DNA of 63,693 nt, taken from contig CANQCN010000002.1 of assembly GCA_947589685.1 (NCBI GenBank), positions 1 to 63,693 on the forward strand. Reading direction: 5' to 3'. The position numbers and the translations under genes are program-made. This DNA is from an uncultured Clostridia bacterium. GTDB lineage: Bacteria > Bacillota > Clostridia > Christensenellales > CAG-314. Every line of letters starts with the position of its first letter. Within the stretch, counting starts at the first letter, position 1. The notes under the pieces are model-generated. The model worked only from the letters and a program-made list of their open reading frames with translations, was not told where the DNA came from and made no database searches. Shown here in pieces: positions 17,318-25,220 of the stretch.

Positions 17318-18343
17318 TTATTCTCCTTTTCCCACCAGATCGATGATGATCTCGCTGATCTTGTCCAGCACCGACAGCACCTTGCGGTAGTTCATTCGGA
17401 CGGGTCCGATGACGCCTATGCTGCCGCTTACGTTGTCGCCGAGACTTACGCGCGTGGTGACAACGGCGCAGCCTTCGGGAGCGTTTTCTTCCGATCCGAT
17501 CTTGACCGTGGTGCTTCCGTCCTCGCCGCCGTCGTTGGTAAGGATCTCCGCGATACGCTCCTTGTCCTCCATTTCGGACAGAAATTTACGCGCATTTTCC
17601 ACATTGGCGTACTCGCTGTGCGCAAGCATCTTGTTTTCGCCGTACATCTCCACGTCCATGCCGTTCATCAACGACACCTTTTTGAGTACGTCGATGATCT
17701 TTTTGAACAAGGCGTTGTACTGCGCAAATTCGTCGTTGACAAGCGCAAAGGGGTAATCGAAGTTGATAAACTCGCTTACGTGCTTGCCGCAGAAAATTTT
17801 GTTGAGCCACTTTTGCGCGCTTGCGATCATGCGTTCGTCGAAATCGTCGGGCAGATCCACCATGCCGTCCTTCAACACGCGGCTGTCGGTGACGATGACC
17901 ACCAGCAGCTTGCCGTTGCTGAGATCCAACAGCTTGATGGCTGTGATCGTGTCGGACATATCCTCTTTGACCACTACCGACGTGTAGTTGGTGATCTCCG
18001 CAATGATGTGCGTGACCGCCGTCATAACGTCTTCAAGACTGCCCACTTTGCGATTGAGGTACTGCTCGATCATTTCCGCTTCGGCAGTGGTAAGGTTGCT
18101 TTCGTACATCAGCTCGTTTACGTAAAAACGAAACGCCTTTTCCGAAGGGATACGCCCCGCCGATACGTGCGGCTGTATGAGATAACCCATGCTCTCCAAG
18201 GTCGAAAGCTCGTTGCGGATCGTCGCCGACGAACAATCGGGCAAGTACTCGTCGCGAATATCCTTGCTGGCAACGGGAGTTGCTCTTTCTATGTAACTGT
18301 CCACCACCGCGCACAGTATTTTCTTTTTTCTGTCGCTGAGCAT
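17318..18343 (-). CDS. hrcA: Heat-inducible transcription repressor HrcA
   Basis: Starts MLSDRKKKILCAVVDSYIERATPVASKDI. A CIRCE element lies upstream. Confidence 0.9.
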   Translation of the reverse strand: MLSDRKKKILCAVVDSYIERATPVASKDIRDEYLPDCSSATIRNELSTLESMGYLIQPHVSAGRIPSEKAFRFYVNELMYESNLTTAEAEMIEQYLNRKVGSLEDVMTAVTHIIAEITNYTSVVVKEDMSDTITAIKLLDLSNGKLLVVIVTDSRVLKDGMVDLPDDFDERMIASAQKWLNKIFCGKHVSEFINFDYPFALVNDEFAQYNALFKKIIDVLKKVSLMNGMDVEMYGENKMLAHSEYANVENARKFLSEMEDKERIAEILTNDGGEDGSTTVKIGSEENAPEGCAVVTTRVSLGDNVSGSIGVIGPVRMNYRKVLSVLDKISEIIIDLVGKGE

Positions 18344-18381
18344 CGGCTTCCGTGCCTCCTGTCAAGATTTTCGGCGGAGTG

Positions 18382-18408
18382 TTAGCACTCTTGCCGTTCG
18401 ACTGCTAA
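18382..18408. promoter_or_regulatory. CIRCE operator (HrcA binding site)
   Basis: TTAGCACTC-N9-GACTGCTAA against the consensus TTAGCACTC-N9-GAGTGCTAA (one mismatch). Confidence 0.85.
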
Positions 18409-18419
18409 TTTATGCTTCT

Positions 18420-18449
18420 AATATACCACTATATTCAACCATTGTCAAC
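18420..18449 (-). promoter_or_regulatory. Probable hrcA operon promoter (TTGACA ... TATATT)
   Basis: On the minus strand, TTGACA (18444-18449) and TATATT (18420-18425) with an 18-nt spacer, just upstream of CIRCE. Confidence 0.45.
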
Positions 18450-18654
18450 GATATTATTCGATTTTTTTGAAAAATTTTGCCAAAACGAAATAACTTTTGC
18501 TCGGCTGCCCTATACGCTTGCTTGAAAATAAAGCAGAATTATAAATTAAAGCGAGCCGCAAGCTTGAAAAGGGGGCTGCTTTAATTTGCGAACTTTTGTA
18601 AAATACGATTAAATATATAATATTCAAAAACATATTACAAGTCGGACGAACAAG

Positions 18655-18683
18655 TTGACCGCGGGGAAAATATACGGTATACT
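18655..18683 (+). promoter_or_regulatory. Promoter TTGACC-N17-TATACT upstream of the cyclodeaminase-like gene
   Basis: Hexamers at 18655-18660 and 18678-18683. The first ATG (18690) lies only 6 nt after the -10, so the mRNA is either leaderless or the real start is the ATG at 18714. Confidence 0.5.
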
Positions 18684-18689
18684 GAATGT

Positions 18690-19289
18690 ATGCAAGAGAA
18701 AAAATTCGAAGAGATGACTATCGAACAATACAACGAGCTGCTCGCGAGCAACGTGCCCGCGCCGGGAGGCGGAAGCGCGCTGTGCCAAATTGCCGTCACC
18801 GCCTGCTCTTTGATAGAAATGGCCGTCAACGTGACTTTGCCGAAAGCGTCGGAAGAAAATCGGATCTATCTGTCAAGTCAACGGGAGACTGTCGCGAGGG
18901 CGAAAAAAGCGCTGCAACGGCTTTCGAATGACGACGCGGCGGCGTTTCGGCGCATTGCCGAGGGCTTCAAGTTGCCGAAAAACACCGAAGAAGAACAAAA
19001 AACGCGCGCCGCAGAGCTGCAAAAAGCCTATCACAACGCGGCTTTGACGCCGTTGGACGCAATGGGACTGTGCCGCGAAGTAGTCCGCACCGCTTGCTTG
19101 CGCATACAGCCGTTGCTGAACAAATACGTCGCAAGCGACTGCACGATAGGCATAGCTTTGCTAAAAACGGCGGTCCGTTCGTCGATGTTGAACGTGCGCG
19201 CCAACACCGCGCTGATAAAAGACGAGTATCTTGCGGAAACGTTGAACAAGCGCGGCGAACAGATAGTTGCGGAAACGGAAAAAATATAA
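18690..19289 (+). CDS. Cyclodeaminase/cyclohydrolase family protein (FTCD C-terminal domain-like)
   Basis: LLASNVPAPGGGSALCQIAVTACSLIEMAVNVT matches the FTCD_C signature (SxxPxPGGGS). An alternative start is at 18714. Confidence 0.75.
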   Translation: MQEKKFEEMTIEQYNELLASNVPAPGGGSALCQIAVTACSLIEMAVNVTLPKASEENRIYLSSQRETVARAKKALQRLSNDDAAAFRRIAEGFKLPKNTEEEQKTRAAELQKAYHNAALTPLDAMGLCREVVRTACLRIQPLLNKYVASDCTIGIALLKTAVRSSMLNVRANTALIKDEYLAETLNKRGEQIVAETEKI

Positions 19290-19290
19290 T

Positions 19291-19850
19291 TATCGCCCGA
19301 CCACACGTGCGGCGGTCGATTGCTTGCTGCTACGCAACGCATGCGCAATCGACGGTCAAGTAAATAACATTTAGAAAATCGACTTCCTCGGCGAAAGTCG
19401 ATTTCTTTTTATACTATATATCCCCTGAACCAATGCGCTTACGCGCCGCCGCAGTCGGACTTGGGAGTTGCGCGTGAACGCACGCGCGGTCGGATAGACC
19501 TTCGCCGGGGAGTGTCCCATATAAGGAAGCGGGGCGCGCTTTTGTTCCACTGCGCCCCGCCGTGGCTGCGGTCAACACCACACTGTGGTGATTGACTTGT
19601 CGCGCCACGCCCTTTACCCCCGCAAGGACAATAGGGTACCCGCACGATTTGAGCTTGCGAAAATTGTGTGGGAGAAGGCGTGCCCGTGTGTCAGCGGAAC
19701 CGAGTACGCAAAGCGCGCTTGGTGCTGACTAACAAGAGGCGCGCCGCGGGCGCATGTCCGTGATTGCGGAGTTTGATTGGAAACTATCCGTTTGACATAA
19801 TCGTATTGGGAGGCACCACGATATTTATTACAAAGCTTTGCTTTTGAAAA
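19291..19850 (-). repeat. SIR copy 2 (expanded form), candidate ncRNA on the minus strand
   Basis: The reverse complement is colinear with 21827-22160, including a 66-nt identical block (19433-19498 = 21955-22020). It carries extra segments at about 19647-19755 and 19517-19620. Hairpin plus U run at 19376-19404. Twin hairpins at 19296-19350 lie 6 nt from the upstream gene's stop codon. Confidence 0.8.
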
Positions 19851-19896
19851 TTATCAAATATAAATAACTACCGTTGTCTCCGATCTATATGCGAGG

Positions 19897-21543
19897 CTAT
19901 TCGTCCACATCGGCAAAGCAGCTGCCGCCGATGAATTCTCTCAAAAGAGAGTTGCAAGGCACCCATTTGTCGTCCATATCCTTGAAGTATTTGAGGAACT
20001 TGATGAGGCGATTTGCCGTTATGTAATGGGGGCTGTCCTGCTTGACCTCCTGCAAGGCGGGCAAAGCGTACTTTTTGAGTACGCACAGCTCGTAGGTGAG
20101 CGCCGAATTGTACACATAGTTGCACCCCTCTTGGTAGGGATAGATCCACTTGAATTCTCCGCGACGGACGGACGGCCACATATCAAGCGTGCGCTCGGCG
20201 CTGGCTCCGCGGTATTTTTTGTCGCGCACTATGCGGCGCAGCAAGCGAATGTCCGTGTAGCTTATCGGGTTGTGGTAGTCCAGATTGATCTGAAATTGCG
20301 GCGCAATGTAAATTTTGAATTTCTGGTGCTTGGGTATGAGGTAGCTCAGCCGATCGTTGAGCGCATGAATACCCTCGATGATAATGGGGGTATCCGGTCC
20401 GATCCTGGTCAAAATTCCCTTTTCCGCGCGCCCTTGTTCGAATTGATAATTGGGCAACTCCGTCTCTTCGCCGTTGATGAGCGCCAACATATTTTGGTTG
20501 AACAGCTCCACGTCCAACGCGTCGATATGCTCGAAATCCTGCTGACCGAATTCGTCCACGGGGATCTTGTCGCGCTCCTTGTAGTACATATCCAACGAAA
20601 TGCGCAGGGGAGTTATTCCGCGGGACATCAACTCTATGCGCAGACGATTGCTGAATGTGGTTTTGCCGCTGCTGGACGGTCCCGCAATGCAGATAAGCCT
20701 GATGTTGTCGATGTCGCGCACAATTTGATCGCCCAATTCGTGCAGCATATCGTTGTGCAAGGTCTCGTTCATATTGATGAAATCCACATAGGTGGACTCG
20801 TTTACGTGGTCGTTCATCTTGGAGATGATCTCCGCGTTGCAAATCGTCGCCCAACGGTGAGCGCGTTTGAGTACCTTGCTGAACGTGGGCTCGTCCTTGA
20901 ATTCGGGTATCACGCCGCCCGCTTCGTAACGCGGATATTGCGCGATGGCGTGACCGTCGTAGCAAAACAGCTTGTAGCTGCTTAGATAACCCGTAGACGG
21001 CACCATATAGCCGTACATATAGTTGAGATAGTCTCCGCAACGGTAAAAATGACAGGTCTTTTCGGGACGGTATTGCAAGGCGTCGGCTTTATCCTGCTGA
21101 TCCTGCGCCATAAAGTAATCGTACGCTTCCTCTTTGCTCATGATCGTGCGCTCAAAAGGCAGATCGGCGGCGACAAGTCGGTCGATCTCCGCGATAACGT
21201 CGCCGAGCATTTTGCGGTCGATAGTCAACTTCGGCTCCACCAACGACACCAACAACGCGCGCGAAACCGCATAGCTTATCTTTATTTGATAGGTCGGGTA
21301 CAAGTTGTGGAACGCCATCGCCAACAGATACCTGAACGACGTTTCGTACACCTTGACGCCGTCCGACGAGGTGAGGTCCAACGGTTCCACAACGCTGTCG
21401 AAGCTCAGCTCGTAGGTAAGCTCGCGCAAACGATTGTTGACTTTGGCTGCCATAAAATGCTTTTCGGGGTCGTTTAACAATGCGAGAATGGGCGTTTTTT
21501 CGGCAAGCTCGTACGCTTTGCCGTCGATCGTTACTTTGAACAT
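19897..21543 (-). CDS. Uridine kinase family protein with an N-terminal TGS/ThrRS-like extension (about 548 aa)
   Basis: Trimmed to the ATG at 21543 (RBS AAGGAG). P-loop IAGPSSSGKTT and a uridine/PRK-type kinase C-terminal half. Confidence 0.65.
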   Translation of the reverse strand: MFKVTIDGKAYELAEKTPILALLNDPEKHFMAAKVNNRLRELTYELSFDSVVEPLDLTSSDGVKVYETSFRYLLAMAFHNLYPTYQIKISYAVSRALLVSLVEPKLTIDRKMLGDVIAEIDRLVAADLPFERTIMSKEEAYDYFMAQDQQDKADALQYRPEKTCHFYRCGDYLNYMYGYMVPSTGYLSSYKLFCYDGHAIAQYPRYEAGGVIPEFKDEPTFSKVLKRAHRWATICNAEIISKMNDHVNESTYVDFINMNETLHNDMLHELGDQIVRDIDNIRLICIAGPSSSGKTTFSNRLRIELMSRGITPLRISLDMYYKERDKIPVDEFGQQDFEHIDALDVELFNQNMLALINGEETELPNYQFEQGRAEKGILTRIGPDTPIIIEGIHALNDRLSYLIPKHQKFKIYIAPQFQINLDYHNPISYTDIRLLRRIVRDKKYRGASAERTLDMWPSVRRGEFKWIYPYQEGCNYVYNSALTYELCVLKKYALPALQEVKQDSPHYITANRLIKFLKYFKDMDDKWVPCNSLLREFIGGSCFADVDE

Positions 21544-21826
21544 ATATCTTACTCCTTGATGTGTGATTGCAAAAGTTACCGTTTTTCGCCGCGAGGCAAA
21601 CAGCCTAACGTCTATTTTGCGGCGGATATATAGTATACAATAATTTAATGAAAAATTCAATACCAAAATGAAAATTTATGGAAGAAAAACAGGATAAATT
21701 TTGCGTAGACTATCGCTCCAAAGGACAAGCGGTTAGATATTACAAATAAAATTTGCCGCTTGCGCCCGATACGCGCGTTTGCGCCTGCCGTATTTGTAAC
21801 AAAATTCACCGCAAACGAAAAGGGCT

Positions 21827-22160
21827 TATAATAAATATCCCCAAATAGCGATGGAGGCAAATCGACAGTTTTCAAAAAACTCCGCAATCACGGACACGTG
21901 CCGAGATTGCGGTCCTTGCGGGGGATGCCGGGGTATGCGACTCCCCGGCAAAATTCTATCCGACCGCGCGTGCGTTCACGCGCAACTCCCAAGTCCGACT
22001 GCGGCGGCGCGTAAGCGCATAGGATCAGGGTGTATGCAGTATAAAAAGAAATCGACTTTCGCCGAGAGAGTCGATTTCCTAAATGATGTTTATTTTACCG
22101 TCGATTGCGAATGCGTTGCGTAGCAGCAAGCAATCGACCGCCGCACGTGTGGTCGGTGGG
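21827..22160 (+). repeat. SIR copy 3 (compact form), candidate ncRNA on the plus strand
   Basis: TTCACC-N16-TATAAT (21805-21832) precedes the helices CCGCAATC/GATTGCGG (21882-21912), CCGGGG/CCCCGG, GCGCGTG/CACGCGC (21966-21983) and GCGC-GTAA-GCGC. A 12-bp hairpin plus T run (22049-22080) and twin hairpins (22100-22156) follow. Confidence 0.8.
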
Positions 22161-22240
22161 CTCATTTGGCAAATGTCGGGGGCAAAAAACAATTTCAACT
22201 GCTTTGTTACTGTTCCCCGACATTTGACACAGAGCTAAAA

Positions 22241-23239
22241 TTACTTTGCCAAAGCGACCGCTACCGAACAAGCGACCGTTGCGCCGACCATCGGGTTGTT
22301 GCCCATGCCGATAAGTCCCATCATCTCGACGTGCGCGGGAACAGAGCTGCTGCCCGCAAATTGAGCGTCGCTGTGCATGCGTCCCAAGGTGTCCGTCATG
22401 CCGTAGCTGGCGGGACCCGCGGCAACGTTGTCCGGGTGAAGCGTACGCCCTGTGCCGCCGCCGCTTGCAACAGAGAAATATTTTTTGCCGTTTTCCTGAC
22501 ACCACTTTTTGTAGGTGCCCGCAACGGGGTGCTGGAAACGCGTGGGGTTGGTGGAGTTGCCCGTGATGGACACGTCTACCTTTTCGTAGCGCATAATGGC
22601 AACGCCTTCGTTGACGTCGTCGGCGCCGTAGCAACGCACCTTTGCGCGTTCGCCGTCGGAGAACGCCACCTCGCGAACGATGGCGAGTTCGCCCGTGTAG
22701 TAATCGTACTTGGTCTGCACATAGGTGAAGCCGTTGATACGCGATATGATATACGCCGCGTCCTTGCCCAAGCCGTTGAGGATAACGCGAAGTGGCTTTT
22801 TGCGCGCCTTGTTGGCGTTGCGGGCGATACCGATAGCGCCTTCGGCAGCGGCAAAGGATTCGTGACCGGCAAGGAAAGCAAAGCAATCCGTTTCCTCACG
22901 CAGCAGCATTGCGCCCAGATTGCCGTGTCCCAAGCCGACCTTACGTTGATCGGCGACGCTGCCGGGAATGCAAAATGCCTGCAAGCCGAGACCGATACAT
23001 TCGCTTACTTCCGCGGCGTTGCTTACGCCCTTTTTGAATGCGATCGCACAGCCGAGAGTGTACGCCCAAACGGCGTTTTCAAAAGCGATAGGTTGCACGC
23101 CCTTGACGATCTCCTCTACGTTTACGCCGTGGCTGAGGCACAGTTCGCGCGCCTCTTCGAGATTTTTAAGTCCGTACTTTTTGAGTTCGGAGTTGATCTT
23201 GTCTATTCTTCTTTCATAACCTTCAAACGTTACAGCCAT
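22241..23239 (-). CDS. GGGtGRT family protein (uncharacterised conserved protein)
   Basis: Contains the eponymous SVASGGGTGRTLHPDN motif. ATG at 23239 preceded by AGGAGGAG. Confidence 0.8.
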   Translation of the reverse strand: MAVTFEGYERRIDKINSELKKYGLKNLEEARELCLSHGVNVEEIVKGVQPIAFENAVWAYTLGCAIAFKKGVSNAAEVSECIGLGLQAFCIPGSVADQRKVGLGHGNLGAMLLREETDCFAFLAGHESFAAAEGAIGIARNANKARKKPLRVILNGLGKDAAYIISRINGFTYVQTKYDYYTGELAIVREVAFSDGERAKVRCYGADDVNEGVAIMRYEKVDVSITGNSTNPTRFQHPVAGTYKKWCQENGKKYFSVASGGGTGRTLHPDNVAAGPASYGMTDTLGRMHSDAQFAGSSSVPAHVEMMGLIGMGNNPMVGATVACSVAVALAK

Positions 23240-23252
23240 TGTTCTCTCCTCC

Positions 23253-23945
23253 TTACTCATTGCGGGGCACTATGTATTTGGCGGCGTTTTCAAAACGTCC
23301 GTAGTGTTTCTTTGCCTTGTTGAGCGCCTCGTTGGCGTCCGTACCCTCGGAAATTGCTTTCATCATCACGCCGAGATTGACATATTCGTAGCCGATGATC
23401 TCGTCGCCCTCGTCCAACGCAAGACGCGTTACGTAACCCTCCGCCATTTCCAGATAGCGGGGACCCTTTTTCGCCGTGGAATACATCGTGCCGACCTGAC
23501 TTCTCAAACCCTTGCCGAGATCTTCGAGACCCGCGCCGATGGGCAGTCCGTCGTCGGAAAACGCCGATTGCGTACGTCCGTAGACGATCTGCAAAAACAG
23601 TTCGCGCATAGCAACGTTGATTGCGTCGCAAACAAGGTCGGTGTTCAAAGCTTCGAGAATGGTTTTGCCGGGTAAAATTTCCGCCGCCATGGCTGCGGAA
23701 TGGGTCATTCCCGAACAACCGATCGTTTCGACGAGCGCCTCCTGAATTACGCCGTCCTTTACGTTCAGCGTCAGCTTGCACGTGCCCTGTTGAGGCGCGC
23801 AGCAACCGCAACCGTGCGTAAGACCGTTAATATCCTTGATTTGCGTGGCAGCCACCCATTTGCCCTCTTCGGGAATGGGAGCGGGGCCGTGATTGCAACC
23901 TTTTGCAACGCATTGCATCAATTCTACTTCGTGTGAATATTGCAT
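23253..23945 (-). CDS. NifU N-terminal-like iron-sulfur scaffold-like protein (usual partner of GGGtGRT proteins)
   Basis: Cys-rich (GCGCCAP...TIGCSGMTHSAAMAAE) with a NifU/IscU-like pattern. Immediately upstream of the GGGtGRT gene. Confidence 0.6.
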   Translation of the reverse strand: MQYSHEVELMQCVAKGCNHGPAPIPEEGKWVAATQIKDINGLTHGCGCCAPQQGTCKLTLNVKDGVIQEALVETIGCSGMTHSAAMAAEILPGKTILEALNTDLVCDAINVAMRELFLQIVYGRTQSAFSDDGLPIGAGLEDLGKGLRSQVGTMYSTAKKGPRYLEMAEGYVTRLALDEGDEIIGYEYVNLGVMMKAISEGTDANEALNKAKKHYGRFENAAKYIVPRNE

Positions 23946-24278
23946 AGATCGTATGTCCTCCCAAAATTTTTTACAATAAAATTAGTATATCACAATATGA
24001 TTTTTTGCGCAAGATTTTACAAAAAAATTCGGCGGTATAGGTTTAGTTTATGTCGGCATTAAATTTTACTAATCTATCTCAGCTATACGCGTATATTCGC
24101 GCAAAGGATAGACGCCGTCATGCGCTTCCCCAAACGCCGTTCGGCTCATATCGCCGCACGTTTGCCGCACTACGCCTGCACATATGAGCATATTCGCAAG
24201 CGTTTGTTTTTCCTTTTCGGAGCAAAGCAAACAGCACGTTAGACTCAGTTTCAAACAATGCCCACAACCTTGTTTTAC

Positions 24279-24372
24279 AGGGAGCGAGTGCGTCGCGACT
24301 CAAAATAATCTGCAACGAAGGCACGCAGTGCGCGAAGCAAAGCCGTTTTGCACCGAATACCCGACGCGACCT
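24279..24372 (+). repeat. SIR partial copy (module B only)
   Basis: GGAGCGAG...CAAAATAATCTGCAACGAAGGCACGCAGTGCGCGAAGCAAAGCCGTTTTGCACCGAATACCCGACGCGAC is nearly identical to 48384-48473. Confidence 0.75.
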
Positions 24373-24406
24373 CCGTTTTGAGCGCGATCGAATCTATCCC
24401 GATAAG

Positions 24407-24922
24407 TCACTGCCAATCCATCTGCGACAGCGTTTCGCCGTCGGGTGCGTGAAGCGTAGCTCCGACCTCGTCCAACAACAAATAGCACGGCTGACCGTCC
24501 CGCGGACGAGCAAGCGAGCCTACGTTGCACGCATAAATTCCGTCGCGCTTGAACAAACGTCCCGTGTGGGTGTGCCCGTAAACGAGAACATCTCCATTTT
24601 TGAGCAGCGGCGGTATGCGCATAGCATTGTAGCGGTCGCCGTGAGTGAAAAACAACGTTCTGCCGAAGTGATACATCAGGGCGTAATCCTCCATTTCGCA
24701 GGGAAGCAACGACTCGCCCGCCGACAGGTCGTTGTTGCCTCTTATCAAGTAGGGCACGCCTTGCATTTCCGAAACCGCGCTCGCCACTTCCGACGGACTG
24801 CTCCAACCGAACAGATCGCCGCATATCACCGTTTTGTTCGGCTGGATACCGCGGCTTATCCTTGCGGCAAGGCGCAACGAGGACACGCTGCCGTGAAAAT
24901 CCGCAAAAACGAGAATTTTCAT
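24407..24922 (-). CDS. YfcE-like metallophosphoesterase
   Basis: Starts MKILVFADFHG and contains GDLFG, GNND and GHTH motifs. Its ATG overlaps the yhbY stop (ATGA). Confidence 0.8.
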   Translation of the reverse strand: MKILVFADFHGSVSSLRLAARISRGIQPNKTVICGDLFGWSSPSEVASAVSEMQGVPYLIRGNNDLSAGESLLPCEMEDYALMYHFGRTLFFTHGDRYNAMRIPPLLKNGDVLVYGHTHTGRLFKRDGIYACNVGSLARPRDGQPCYLLLDEVGATLHAPDGETLSQMDWQ

Positions 24923-25212
24923 AGCTCTATATGCTCTATGCCTTCCTTGTCGCTGCGCTTGTACACCACAAAGCGGTTGCCTATGCACAGCACCGGCTCG
25001 CAGCCGAGACGCTCGCAAACTTCTCGGCACATAGCCTTTGCCGAGACCTCGCAGCTTTTGAGCGCGGCGACCTTGACCAATTCGCGATGATACAGCGCCG
25101 TTTCTATTTCCTTGACGATATTGTCCGTCAATTCCTCTTTGCCCACCGTTACGAGCGGTTTAAGTGTGTTGGCAAGGGATTTTAATTTACTTCTTTGTTT
25201 TGTGGTGATCAT
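24919..25212 (-). CDS. yhbY: Ribosome assembly RNA-binding protein YhbY (CRM domain)
   Basis: 97 aa with TKQRSKLKSLANTLKPLVTVGKEELTDNIVKEIETALYHRELVKV. Confidence 0.85.
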   Translation of the reverse strand: MITTKQRSKLKSLANTLKPLVTVGKEELTDNIVKEIETALYHRELVKVAALKSCEVSAKAMCREVCERLGCEPVLCIGNRFVVYKRSDKEGIEHIEL

Positions 25213-25220
25213 CCGTACCT

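Noticed and set aside
14858-18385. 1,175-aa ORF on the plus strand spanning the whole dnaK-grpE-hrcA region
   Set aside because: It is antisense to three unmistakable chaperone genes. It has a low-complexity, Arg/Leu/Val-rich shadow-frame composition and no RBS. This is a typical long shadow ORF of GC-rich coding DNA. The same applies to 37886..39979 (opposite ileS), 59630..61324 (opposite the giant gene), 13605..14819, 25326..26690, 32168..33862, 43947..45008 and similar ORFs.
24069-24254. 61-aa ORF in the NifU-like/yfcE-like intergenic gap
   Set aside because: It has a TTG start without an RBS, no recognisable family, and partly repeat-derived surroundings. The evidence is insufficient to call a gene.
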